A DNA stretch of 64,000 nucleotides, from positions 3,499 to 67,498 of the forward strand of contig JAUXIJ010000006.1 of the NCBI GenBank assembly GCA_030621085.1, read 5' to 3'. The translations under genes were made by a program, and so were the position numbers. Below are positions 10,559-19,664 of this stretch, in pieces. The notes beneath the pieces were generated by a model. That model saw only the letters and a program-made list of their open reading frames with translations. It was not told the origin of the DNA and searched no databases. How positions within the stretch are numbered: the first letter of the stretch is position 1; each line of letters starts with the position of its first letter. The DNA comes from Candidatus Cloacimonadota bacterium. Lineage in GTDB: Bacteria; Cloacimonadota; Cloacimonadia; Cloacimonadales; TCS61.

Positions 10559-11437
10559 ATGAATAAAATATTAAAGAATAAGTTAATATATATTGTTAAG
10601 CTTATTATAACATTAACAATTTTGTTTTTCATATTTCGCAAAATAGATTTTCAAATGCTGCTTTCTACCTTTAAACATATCAAGCTTTGGATCGTTGCAG
10701 TAATTATATTAACAGCCAGTATTAAGATCCTGATAGAATACAGAAACTGGGGACATTACCTCAAGATCGATCCACAATATTCACCAAAAAAATCGGAAAT
10801 ATTCAAATCTCTTATGATAGGTCATTCATTACGCTTTCTGCTGCCGGGCGGTCATGGCGTGATCGGTAAGATGTACTTTGTTAATAACAAAAAAATGATG
10901 ACTTTCATGTCGCTGGGAGTAGAAAAATTTTTCCAGATCTGGATCAATTTTGTGTTCGCCAGTTTTGCTTTGATCTTTTATTTCAGGCACAAATCAATTC
11001 TTCCCACAATACTCATTTTTATTTTTATTCTTGCTTTCCCCTTCCTGGTTTATCTAATAAAACATCTACAGCACAACAGCAAAATTGAGGTGTATTTTAA
11101 ACAATATTTAAAAATTGTTCCCCGTATATGTTATATGCAGGGACTTTACATGGCTTTAACGATTCTACAGTATTATCTCATCCTGAACATTTTTTCTGAG
11201 TTTCACCCTTTCTCAGCAATTATATCGATTCCGCTCATTTTGTTTGCAAATGTAATTCCAATAACTTATGCCGGATTAGGATTAAGGGAAAAATTCGCGA
11301 TGGAAGTACTCTCTAAATATGGAATCTCTCCTGAGATAGCTATTACAGCTTCTTTAACTGTGTTTGTTTTTAACTCGGTATTACCAGCTCTGGTTGGTGT
11401 TTATTGCATTTTACGAAGAAAACCAATCAATACTTAA
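10559..11437 (+). CDS. polytopic membrane protein, UPF0104 / MprF-type flippase-like domain (tentative)
   Basis: 292 aa with about 8 hydrophobic helices. The family assignment rests on general resemblance only. Confidence 0.45.
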   Translation: MNKILKNKLIYIVKLIITLTILFFIFRKIDFQMLLSTFKHIKLWIVAVIILTASIKILIEYRNWGHYLKIDPQYSPKKSEIFKSLMIGHSLRFLLPGGHGVIGKMYFVNNKKMMTFMSLGVEKFFQIWINFVFASFALIFYFRHKSILPTILIFIFILAFPFLVYLIKHLQHNSKIEVYFKQYLKIVPRICYMQGLYMALTILQYYLILNIFSEFHPFSAIISIPLILFANVIPITYAGLGLREKFAMEVLSKYGISPEIAITASLTVFVFNSVLPALVGVYCILRRKPINT

Positions 11438-12504
11438 CTTTTTTTGCTCTCGATACGCAACTTCACGCCTTCCCCACAATTTCTACATATGGGGATTTCT
11501 TTTCTGTCTTTTAATATTTGATTTCTTATCTTTTGGATTTCTTCGTTTTTCCAGAGTTTTGAGAGAGGAATTTCTTTGATATTTCCGATTTTATATTCCA
11601 CATCTTTATCAAAACAACAGATTGCAACTTCACCATCCCAGTTTACTACAGCATTCGTCCAGATGCGACGACAGCGGTTATTTATTCCGAATTTAAGTTC
11701 GAAATCATCCCCTTCAATTTTGTATCTTCTATATTTAGGATTTTGGGGAAGGAATTTAAAGATATCATCTTTGGTATAGATCTGCACTGTTTTCAGTTCC
11801 AGGTTATCCACGTTCAGTTCTTTTGCCAGCCTGCGAATTTCATCTATCTCATGTTCATTATGTTTCATTACCAGGAACTGCCAGCGGATGAATGGTGTTT
11901 TTGAGTTTAGTTTCTTTTTAGCTGAAACGATCTTCTTTACGTTTCCTATCACAGTATCAAGTTTGCCATTCACTCTATATTTATTATATGTTTCCTGGGT
12001 TGTTCCATCCAAAGATATTATCATCGAATCCAAGCCGGATTTTATAACTTCTTCTGCATTTAATTCGACATTTCCGTTAGTAGATACCAAAGTGAACAAA
12101 CCGTTATCGGAAGCGTATTTTACCATCCTGGAAAAGTCTTTGTTCAGGTAGGGTTCTCCCTGATTCCATAGTACCACCATAAAAGCTGTATGTTTTATTT
12201 CATCGATCAGTTTCTTGAATGTTTCAAAGTTCATGTATCCTTTTGGTCTTTTCAGGGTTCCGTTCCCGGAAGGACACAATGGGCATTTCAGGTTACAGAT
12301 ATTCGTGGGTTCTATCATTACCACAGGTGGAGCACCCCAGTATATTGCCGTTTTAAATATAAGAGAAATAATATAAGAAGAATATACTTTTACAGCATTG
12401 AACATTCTTCCAATTCTGAAACTTTTCTGTAACAATCTAATATTTTCCTTCAACATATTCCCATACCTTGAAAGACTGAATAAAAAGGTGGATTTCATTG
12501 TCAA
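11434..12504 (-). CDS. radical SAM / SPASM domain protein
   Basis: Has EPTNICNLKCPLCPSG (CxxxCxxC) and C-terminal SPASM-like cysteines CRRIW..GEVAICCFD..CRNCGEG. Its stop overlaps the convergent stop in TTAA (11434-11437). Confidence 0.8.
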   Translation of the reverse strand: MTMKSTFLFSLSRYGNMLKENIRLLQKSFRIGRMFNAVKVYSSYIISLIFKTAIYWGAPPVVMIEPTNICNLKCPLCPSGNGTLKRPKGYMNFETFKKLIDEIKHTAFMVVLWNQGEPYLNKDFSRMVKYASDNGLFTLVSTNGNVELNAEEVIKSGLDSMIISLDGTTQETYNKYRVNGKLDTVIGNVKKIVSAKKKLNSKTPFIRWQFLVMKHNEHEIDEIRRLAKELNVDNLELKTVQIYTKDDIFKFLPQNPKYRRYKIEGDDFELKFGINNRCRRIWTNAVVNWDGEVAICCFDKDVEYKIGNIKEIPLSKLWKNEEIQKIRNQILKDRKEIPICRNCGEGVKLRIESKKS

Positions 12505-12583
12505 TTGATAAAATTGCTTTCACTTCCTTATCCCAGTCTTCTCATACGAGGAGAAGGAGTTTGTTCACCCATCACATTGAAAG

Positions 12584-12609
12584 CGTTCCCAAACAGGGGT
12601 TTAGGAACG
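12584..12609. repeat. hairpin word CGTTCCCAAAC-AGGG-GTTTAGGAACG
   Basis: 10 of 11 positions pair. The same 11-mer CGTTCCCAAAC recurs at 23742-23752, followed by GTTTTGGAAAC. Confidence 0.5.
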
Positions 12610-12633
12610 AGAAAAAGAAACTAACTCTTTGCA

Positions 12634-12660
12634 AAATAAAAAACCCCGCAAAATGCGGGG
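12634..12660 (-). terminator. rho-independent terminator of the Tsx-like gene
   Basis: Minus-strand RNA CCCCGCA-UUU-UGCGGGG followed by UUUUUUAUUU, about 20 nt after the stop. Confidence 0.8.
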
Positions 12661-12680
12661 TTATAAAAAAACCTAAAAGA

Positions 12681-13514
12681 TTAGAATCTGCGATGCAAAC
12701 CGATCCAGGGAGAAATTGCGTCATGCGTTTCAAGGTCTGTATACAGAAAGTTATTATGGAATTTCACACTTGTAGAAAGTGACCATTTGTCGTAATTCCA
12801 GAAGAAACCATTAAACATCTGGAATTCTGTAGCAGTACCGCAAGGTACTGGTATGCCAGTAGACCAATCCATATTATTATCTTCAGCATAAGTATTACTA
12901 AGACCAAAATCAGACCAGCCCTGATAAGAAAGATTAAACTTCTCGCTGAATTTCTTAACAACAGTAAACCAGTTAATAGCAACAACCCAACCGGCATCTT
13001 CGAATTTTACTTCCCAATCACCTGCTGTATTTTGCGAATTGGTATTTTCCATTCTCTTATAGAAGTTTAAAGAGAACATATTGAATAATGGAATATCCAG
13101 ATCAGTTCCAATACCAGCGTAGTAAGTATCTCCTGAGTAACCGCCACTTGCCCAACCGAGATATAAAGTAGCCAAATACCATTCTTTCACAGGACCAATT
13201 GCCAAATTTTTACCAGAAATAGTATTTAAACTAAATCTGGGATTAACTTTCAAGAAATAATCACCCGGTGCTACAGATTCTTTCAATTCATCTCTAACAC
13301 CAAAGACATTATTGATATCAAAAAAGTAATAGAAATTTAAACAACCGGTTCTTCCACCACCCTCAATTTCAAAATAAGTAAGATTGTAAGTCTCACCACC
13401 ATACGGATTAGAAACACCGATTCCTTCATAAAAATTCAATTGTCCCCAGGTAAAGTCTGCGAACATACTTGTAGCCAACAATAATCCTAACAAAATAACT
13501 AAAGTTTTTTTCAT
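12681..13514 (-). CDS. tsx: Tsx/OmpK-family nucleoside-specific outer-membrane channel
   Basis: Signal peptide MKKTLVILLGLLLATSMFA. NPRFSLNTISGKNLAIGPVKEWYLA matches E. coli Tsx (as I recall it) [25 protein letters not shown], and YAGIGTDLDIPL matches YMGLGTDIDTGL. C-terminal F. Confidence 0.7.
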   Translation of the reverse strand: MKKTLVILLGLLLATSMFADFTWGQLNFYEGIGVSNPYGGETYNLTYFEIEGGGRTGCLNFYYFFDINNVFGVRDELKESVAPGDYFLKVNPRFSLNTISGKNLAIGPVKEWYLATLYLGWASGGYSGDTYYAGIGTDLDIPLFNMFSLNFYKRMENTNSQNTAGDWEVKFEDAGWVVAINWFTVVKKFSEKFNLSYQGWSDFGLSNTYAEDNNMDWSTGIPVPCGTATEFQMFNGFFWNYDKWSLSTSVKFHNNFLYTDLETHDAISPWIGLHRRF

Positions 13515-13545
13515 TTTACTCCCCTAAATTAATTTTTTTAAAAAT

Positions 13546-13610
13546 GATTAACATACAAATTCTTATTTACGATATTAACACACATTTTTTTTCTTCGATA
13601 CTAATACAAT
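13546..13610 (-). promoter_or_regulatory. repeated boxes in the 5' leader of the Tsx-like gene (gene-sense TGTGTGTTAATATCG type)
   Basis: Plus-strand boxes: GATTAACATACA (13546-13557), CGATATTAACACACA (13570-13584) and CGATACTAATACAAT (13596-13610). The block TTAACACACATTTTTTTT is shared with the neighbouring porin leader. Confidence 0.35.
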
Positions 13611-13727
13611 ACTACTTTTATACACTAAACAACCTTCAAACATCAGTCTTATTTAGATAATGCGTGTCAAGTTTTTTTGCTACATTCAATATAGTGATTA
13701 TCATATTTGCTAAAAATAATCAATTAT

Positions 13728-13757
13728 AAATAAAAAAGCCCCGCTTCCAGCAGGGCT
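13728..13757 (-). terminator. rho-independent terminator of the porin gene
   Basis: Minus-strand RNA AGCCCUGC-UGGAA-GCGGGGCU followed by UUUUUAUUUAUA. The 8-bp stem has one G-U pair that is valid only on this strand. Confidence 0.75.
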
Positions 13758-13775
13758 TTTCGATCTATTTTGAAA

Positions 13776-14732
13776 TTAGAATGTGAAACCAACTTGAAGA
13801 TCAAGTGTAGCATCGATATCTTCACCAAGAGCATCTTTTGCAGAATCCATGTTGTATTCAATTTTTACGAAGGCACTATCTTTTGGTTTAATATTCAAAC
13901 CTATGATCATGTTGTTTTCACCCATACCTTCATCATCTACATCATCTTTTGTGATGTAACCGAAATAAGGTATTGCTTTACCACATATTGGAATATCAAA
14001 TCCGGGAACATAATGAAGAAGAGCATACAGGTTCATATCACCAGTATCTTCGTTGTCATCATCGATATTTGTGAGCTGGAAAGCAAGATTAGCTTTTTCT
14101 GCTATTGTGTAATCAAAGTCAAATTCCCAATTCATAACGCTTTCAGGATCATCCCAGCTTACTTCAAATGTAACAGTATCAACTATCGCTGCACTTGTCG
14201 CATCCATCATAAAAGCAGCACCAAGGTTTGCACCGGCAACACTGTATGTAAAACGTCCACCCATATCAGCAGCATAGATATACCAAGCAGCATCTCCTGC
14301 ATCATAGTTAGCATAGTAAAATGACCAACCTAAGCCGGAAACATTACCCAGAAGTTTAACCATCATTTCAGCATCAGCTACAGTTAAACCAGCATATTGA
14401 AGATTCTTGGAAGGTTTACCGGATGTAAGTCTGCCAAAAGCATATTGGTCTTTACCCATCCTGATATCAAAGAAATCACAGACTTTAAGTTGTTTCCATG
14501 CTCTGTTGATACCGATAACCCCATCATCATGTAAAATGACTTGAGTAATATTAAAATCAGCGCAATAATCATCTGCTGCGCTCCAGCTTAATCCAACATA
14601 ATCTGCACTCCAACCGCCATCTTCATCAGCCTGACCATCGGGAACGATAATCGGTGCGCTCATAAATACTTCATGAGCAAACATAGATGTTGCTAAAAAT
14701 AATCCTAATAAAATAATTAAGGATCTTTTCAT
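13776..14732 (-). CDS. outer-membrane beta-barrel porin, family unknown
   Basis: Signal peptide MKRSLIILLGLFLATSMFA is nearly identical to that of the Tsx-like gene. Acidic mature part. C-terminal ..LQVGFTF. Confidence 0.55.
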   Translation of the reverse strand: MKRSLIILLGLFLATSMFAHEVFMSAPIIVPDGQADEDGGWSADYVGLSWSAADDYCADFNITQVILHDDGVIGINRAWKQLKVCDFFDIRMGKDQYAFGRLTSGKPSKNLQYAGLTVADAEMMVKLLGNVSGLGWSFYYANYDAGDAAWYIYAADMGGRFTYSVAGANLGAAFMMDATSAAIVDTVTFEVSWDDPESVMNWEFDFDYTIAEKANLAFQLTNIDDDNEDTGDMNLYALLHYVPGFDIPICGKAIPYFGYITKDDVDDEGMGENNMIIGLNIKPKDSAFVKIEYNMDSAKDALGEDIDATLDLQVGFTF

Positions 14733-14766
14733 TTTCTCTCCTCGTTAAATAATAAATTGATTTAAT

Positions 14767-14840
14767 TTTGGTTAACACACATTTTTTTTTAATTTTCGAT
14801 ATTAAACACATAAAAAACTTGCTTGCGATATTCTCACACC
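14767..14840 (-). promoter_or_regulatory. repeated boxes in the 5' leader of the porin gene
   Basis: Plus-strand boxes: GTTAACACACAT (14771-14782), CGATATTAAACACAT (14797-14811) and CGATATTCTCACACC (14826-14840), spaced about 29-30 nt. Confidence 0.35.
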
Positions 14841-15058
14841 ACTATGCAAAACTAAATATCATACACTTCTAGTCGTCAATTGGTTGAATATGATACATAA
14901 TGTCAAGTTATTTAACACCAATTAAGCACATTCTGTTCGTTAATGCTATATGTATCAAATAGTTAAGGTACATCTGAGATGTTGGAGTATTACCTATTAA
15001 AAACTTCAACTTATTAATCTATAAGAAGTTAGTATTTCAGTTTATTATAACTATAAAA

Positions 15059-16336
15059 TTATCTTACAATGGGTATAAAACTGGTTTTAAAAAATTCTTC
15101 AATTTGGTTATCACTTGAATCAGTGACATCTATTTTTAAGGTATAAGAAGAATAATTGGCTAACTTGATCCCAGGTTGTAATCTATAAATATCCGAATGT
15201 CCGGATATTATTTCCAGTGGGATCTGTTCTAAAGTTTCGGAATTTATTAATTGTGCTTCAAAGCAATTCAAGGGAATTATTTCTGAAAATGTAATAGAAA
15301 TAACAGGTTTCAAATTATCTATTGTTGCACCATTTCTTGGATACACAAAGAGCACTTCCGGCGGGATAGAATCTCTTACGGTTAAACCATCGAACAGAAT
15401 AGATAATTCATTACTGACATTCTGTTTATTATCTTCCAGGGAATATATCTTCAGGTAATATTGGAAAGTATCCAATTCGGCAGAAATAATCGAGATCATA
15501 TCTTCTCTGAGGGAATGAGCTTCTACACTAACGGGTATCTCCAGGGAATCAGCAGTTACGATCCTGATATCTGAATAGTCTTTTACAATCTCAGATAATG
15601 TAAGCTCTATCTGTTTATTAGAATACACTTTCACAGATTTTATCTCTGGTTTCAAAGTGTCTGAATATATCATTTCCATATCGACCGAATTAAATTGACC
15701 GACAGTAATATATTCATGAAAATACGGTTCGTTGCCATAATCGTACTTATTATTTTTGTTTTTATCTATGTATGCTTCCAGAATATGATCGGTATTGTTC
15801 AGGTTTTCGAATGAGTAGGTCTTCCCCTTAATTATCTGGTTAAAGATTAATGTTGAATCAGAAGCCTGAACTGTACATTGAATCGGCTGATCGCTGTCTT
15901 CTTCAAGTTCGAAAAGCAAATTACCAGAAATTTTATTTTCATTCAGCTTTCCGTTGGCAAAAACAAATGTATAATTCCTATCGAGTTCATTGCCGTGTTC
16001 ACCTTTTATTCTCTGAGAAAAACTAAAGAAATAATTTATGTTTTCTTCTAATTCTTCCAGGATATTTATGGTTAGGATGCTTTTATCCCATCTGAATTTT
16101 TTCCGATCTACCGAAGGATAAATATATATTCCTGTAAGAATAGTAGTCCTCTCTATGGGTTTGGAAAAAGTAACTTCTATATCTTTATCTTTTATATCAC
16201 TGAATTCATCCGGGAAGATAGATAAAATTTCGGGATTAACAGTATCTTTTTGTCCACCCGTCGGTCTTTTGCGGTGACCACAGGAAATGAGAATGAATGT
16301 AATGAACATCAAACTTAACAAGTTTTTAAATCTCAT
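15059..16336 (-). CDS. lipoprotein with Ig-like repeats
   Basis: Lipobox ..FILISCGH. Ig-like (SbsA/Big-type) segments PEILSIFPDE..VTFSKPI and PPEVLFVYPRNG..ITFSE. Confidence 0.5.
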   Translation of the reverse strand: MRFKNLLSLMFITFILISCGHRKRPTGGQKDTVNPEILSIFPDEFSDIKDKDIEVTFSKPIERTTILTGIYIYPSVDRKKFRWDKSILTINILEELEENINYFFSFSQRIKGEHGNELDRNYTFVFANGKLNENKISGNLLFELEEDSDQPIQCTVQASDSTLIFNQIIKGKTYSFENLNNTDHILEAYIDKNKNNKYDYGNEPYFHEYITVGQFNSVDMEMIYSDTLKPEIKSVKVYSNKQIELTLSEIVKDYSDIRIVTADSLEIPVSVEAHSLREDMISIISAELDTFQYYLKIYSLEDNKQNVSNELSILFDGLTVRDSIPPEVLFVYPRNGATIDNLKPVISITFSEIIPLNCFEAQLINSETLEQIPLEIISGHSDIYRLQPGIKLANYSSYTLKIDVTDSSDNQIEEFFKTSFIPIVR

Positions 16337-16373
16337 TTAAACATCTCCTGAGTAATTTTCTTACTTTGTAGCT

Positions 16374-17261
16374 TTAATCTGATTCGGCTTTTTCCTTTTG
16401 AATTTCCAGAGCAGTTTTCAGATCCTGTTTTGCTCTTTTAGATGCAGGCCAGATCTTTAAAGCCTTTCGAAAATATGAAATCGCTTTTCCCATTTCATCT
16501 TTCATAGCATAAGCAAAACCTACATTATTATAAATATTTGCAAGGTTTTTATCTTTATTAAGCACTGCTTTAAATCTATTCGGATAATAATGTTCCTTAA
16601 CTTCTTTTGAAAAACCTTTTGTTAGCAATTCATTAATAATTTCAGTAATTTCAGGATTATTATAATTGTATAAACTACTTTTTAACATAGTTTCATACGA
16701 TGTTTTTATATCCGGTTTATTTTCAACTGCTTTATTATAAAAATGAATTGCATTGTCCCATTCCTTCCTGCTGAAATACATTTCCCCGATCTTACCATAA
16801 GGATAAAATGCATTTGGTGCTGTTTTAACAGATTTAGTATAATAATTTACTGCTTTTTCAATTTTTCCTGTTTTCTCATAAATTTCTGCCAGATTATAGT
16901 ATAATGCATAAGGATTCTCTGGTTTTTCTTTAAGAAGTTTTTTTAAGATCGAAATCGCTTTATCATGTGCCCCCATTTTAGAATAAGCAACACCTAATCC
17001 TATATATGCTCCTTCCATATTAGGTTGAATCTCAAGAGCTTCCCTGTATGAATCCAGCGCTATCTTATAATTCTTGTTTTTTAAGGCTTCATAACCCTTA
17101 TTTATACTAACTTGAGCTTCCATGCTTTTGCCGGTTTCAGATAGATTTATAAGCCAGACAGGCTTTGTTATTGAAATAAATCCAAAAATAAGGAGTAAAA
17201 TCCAGATAAATATTATGCAATATCTGATGATCTTATCTTCAATTTTTAGATCTTTTTCCAC
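16374..17261 (-). CDS. membrane-anchored TPR-repeat protein
   Basis: N-terminal TM helix followed by several 34-aa TPR-like units (e.g. AYIGLGVAYSKMGAHDKAISILKKLL). Confidence 0.7.
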   Translation of the reverse strand: MEKDLKIEDKIIRYCIIFIWILLLIFGFISITKPVWLINLSETGKSMEAQVSINKGYEALKNKNYKIALDSYREALEIQPNMEGAYIGLGVAYSKMGAHDKAISILKKLLKEKPENPYALYYNLAEIYEKTGKIEKAVNYYTKSVKTAPNAFYPYGKIGEMYFSRKEWDNAIHFYNKAVENKPDIKTSYETMLKSSLYNYNNPEITEIINELLTKGFSKEVKEHYYPNRFKAVLNKDKNLANIYNNVGFAYAMKDEMGKAISYFRKALKIWPASKRAKQDLKTALEIQKEKAESD

Positions 17262-17281
17262 TTTTATTTAATCCCTATATT

Positions 17282-18511
17282 TTAATTATGAATAATGAAC
17301 ATAACATCATAACCTTTACTTTTTAACAAATTGAATTCTTTACATGCTTCAGGAGTTTTTAGAACTATCACCTGAAGAGGAAGTTTTTTTATTGGATTAA
17401 ATACAAACTGGGTTTCTCTTTTTTCGTCGATAAAGCCCATTCCCCCTTCTCCATCTGCACCACTTCCGATCAGCAGAATATCAGTAGCATGCAAATATAT
17501 CCTGTTAAATTTATCTTTTTGATTAAAATAGATTTTTTTGTCTACTAACCTGAATGTACCGTTAGGGAAAATCATAATATCAAAATATGGAATTGGAATA
17601 CCTTTATAAACAACAATTCCCTTCTCATTATAGACAATATTCGATTTATTGTATTTTATAAAAAAAACGCTTTGTAATAATAAAATAAGAACACTAGTAG
17701 AAATAAATATAATACGATAAACTTTTTTCTGGGAATTATGAAAGATGAAAAAGAAAATGAAAAATGCTGTAAAAGTAAACAGAAGTACAGTCACCAGATA
17801 TTCATTATTAGAGAGTATCGAGCTTATCAGAAGTAAAAGATATGCAAGAATCATTTCTAAAAAAAGCAAAGAAAATGAGTTTTTGAAATAATCGCTGACC
17901 TTTTTTTGCCTGAATTTCCAACCATCTCTGATAATCTTCCTTTTTTCAATAATAAAAAAAACTGCCACCATTCCAATTACTGCTCCCCAGATATCTTTTG
18001 CAATATCACAAATATCAAATACCCGGCTCGAAATCAGGATTTGGATCGCTTCATCAAATGTAGAAATGCAAATAGCAGAAATAAATGTACGTTGAATAAT
18101 TCGTTCGGAAGTGTATTTTTTTTGCTTGAGATGCCTGTACATGATGAAAGAAAAAAGAGCATAAGCTATATAATGCCAGTTATGCTGAAGTTCATAGAAT
18201 TTATGATTAAAATAATAATCCGTGGAGTTTTGACCGAGGATCATCATAAAGATAACGACTAACCAAACATAAATATGGGAGATCTTCGTTTTGTGCCGCA
18301 GAACAACAGCGAGGGTAATAACGAAAGTAATAGCAATTGCAACAATATATGGGATATTCATTCCCAGCAATGTGAAAGATAACTGAGATGTCATTCCAAT
18401 CATTTGTTGAAGATAATTCTGCACTATAAGGAAGGGAGTTGCAATAAGCAGCAGAGTATATAAAATCAGATTTGTTCCGGCGTAATAGAATTTCTCTTTA
18501 TTTTTTTTCAT
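17282..18511 (-). CDS. polytopic membrane protein with VanZ-like segment
   Basis: STFDEAIQILISSRVFDICDIAKDIWGAVIGMV resembles the VanZ-like motif. Function of the C-terminal soluble part is unknown. Confidence 0.4.
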   Translation of the reverse strand: MKKNKEKFYYAGTNLILYTLLLIATPFLIVQNYLQQMIGMTSQLSFTLLGMNIPYIVAIAITFVITLAVVLRHKTKISHIYVWLVVIFMMILGQNSTDYYFNHKFYELQHNWHYIAYALFSFIMYRHLKQKKYTSERIIQRTFISAICISTFDEAIQILISSRVFDICDIAKDIWGAVIGMVAVFFIIEKRKIIRDGWKFRQKKVSDYFKNSFSLLFLEMILAYLLLLISSILSNNEYLVTVLLFTFTAFFIFFFIFHNSQKKVYRIIFISTSVLILLLQSVFFIKYNKSNIVYNEKGIVVYKGIPIPYFDIMIFPNGTFRLVDKKIYFNQKDKFNRIYLHATDILLIGSGADGEGGMGFIDEKRETQFVFNPIKKLPLQVIVLKTPEACKEFNLLKSKGYDVMFIIHN

Positions 18512-18593
18512 GAATTAACAATTACTCATATTAATAATTTTCTTTGGTCCTATAAAACCCAATCTGAGTTAGCTTTTACTGATTTTGCTTAAC

Positions 18594-19196
18594 TCAATTA
18601 TCTTTTACGGAATATCTTCTTTTGAGCGCATTTGCCAGAGTAAGAGAGCTGGTATATTCGATATCGCCACCAAAAGGTAACCCGGTAGAAAGCCGGGTGA
18701 TATTTAATTGATGCCCTTCAAATTTCGATGCCAGGAAGCTGATGGTACTCTCACCTTCTGCTGATGGATTTAAGGCTAAAATCAACTCACTGATCTTGTT
18801 TGTTTCAACTAGTTTCAACAGTTTGGGAAAGTTAATATCATCCGGTCCGATACCATCGAGTGGTGATAGCAGATTACCCAGCACAAAATATTTACCGTGA
18901 TACTCATGGGTGTTTTCAATTAAATAAATATCCTGCGTGTTTTCTACAATGCAAAGCAAATTATCCTTACGGTTTGCATCTGCACAGAACAGGCATGGAT
19001 CGGTTTCGGTAAGCATATTACAGATCGAGCAGTTTGTATAGCTTTCCACTGTTTTCCGGATGGATTCAGATAACTCTAAAGCTTTTGCTTTTTCCATACC
19101 AATAAGATACATTGCCAACCGTTGTGCAGATTTAGACCCGATACCGGGTAGCTTCTTTAAATTCTGGACCAGTTCTGCTAATAAACCAGAAAACAC
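18594..19196 (-). CDS. recR: recombination protein RecR
   Basis: LPGIGSKSAQRLAMYL helix-hairpin-helix, zinc finger CSICNMLTETDPCLFC, and a Toprim region. Confidence 0.9.
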   Translation of the reverse strand: MFSGLLAELVQNLKKLPGIGSKSAQRLAMYLIGMEKAKALELSESIRKTVESYTNCSICNMLTETDPCLFCADANRKDNLLCIVENTQDIYLIENTHEYHGKYFVLGNLLSPLDGIGPDDINFPKLLKLVETNKISELILALNPSAEGESTISFLASKFEGHQLNITRLSTGLPFGGDIEYTSSLTLANALKRRYSVKDN

Positions 19197-19522
19197 TAAA
19201 ACATTCCAGGGATATTGATCCCACCCGTTAATTTGCCTAACTCGTCCTGACTGGTTTGAGTAATTTTTTCCTGAGCTTCATTTATAGCAGCAATGATGAG
19301 GTCTTCCAGCATTTCCACATCTTCAGGATCAACCACTTCTTTATCTATCTTCAAAGAAATAATCTGATTTTTGCCATTCATTTCCACTTTTACCATTCCG
19401 CCACCAGCTGAACCTTCCACTATTTTATTAGCAAGTTCTTCCTGAGCTTTGGCAAGATCCTGTTGCATTTTCTGGGCTTTTTTCATCAGGTCTTTCATAC
19501 CTTTATTTCCACCTGGGAACAT
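19196..19522 (-). CDS. ybaB: YbaB/EbfC nucleoid-associated protein
   Basis: 108 aa. MKDLMKKAQKMQQDLAKAQEEL..GGGMVKVEMNG is typical. Lies in the conserved ybaB-recR arrangement. Confidence 0.85.
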   Translation of the reverse strand: MFPGGNKGMKDLMKKAQKMQQDLAKAQEELANKIVEGSAGGGMVKVEMNGKNQIISLKIDKEVVDPEDVEMLEDLIIAAINEAQEKITQTSQDELGKLTGGINIPGMF

Positions 19523-19664
19523 ATTCCCTCCAATTTATTTTCTTTAGCATCGAGAACACCAGCCTTCGCAACGCTTCGGCTTGGCAGGCCGAATACGCTG
19601 AAAAACTATAATCCGTGTATTCCTAATTTTAACAATTCAAGAAAGTTTATCTTCACTCTTAGCG

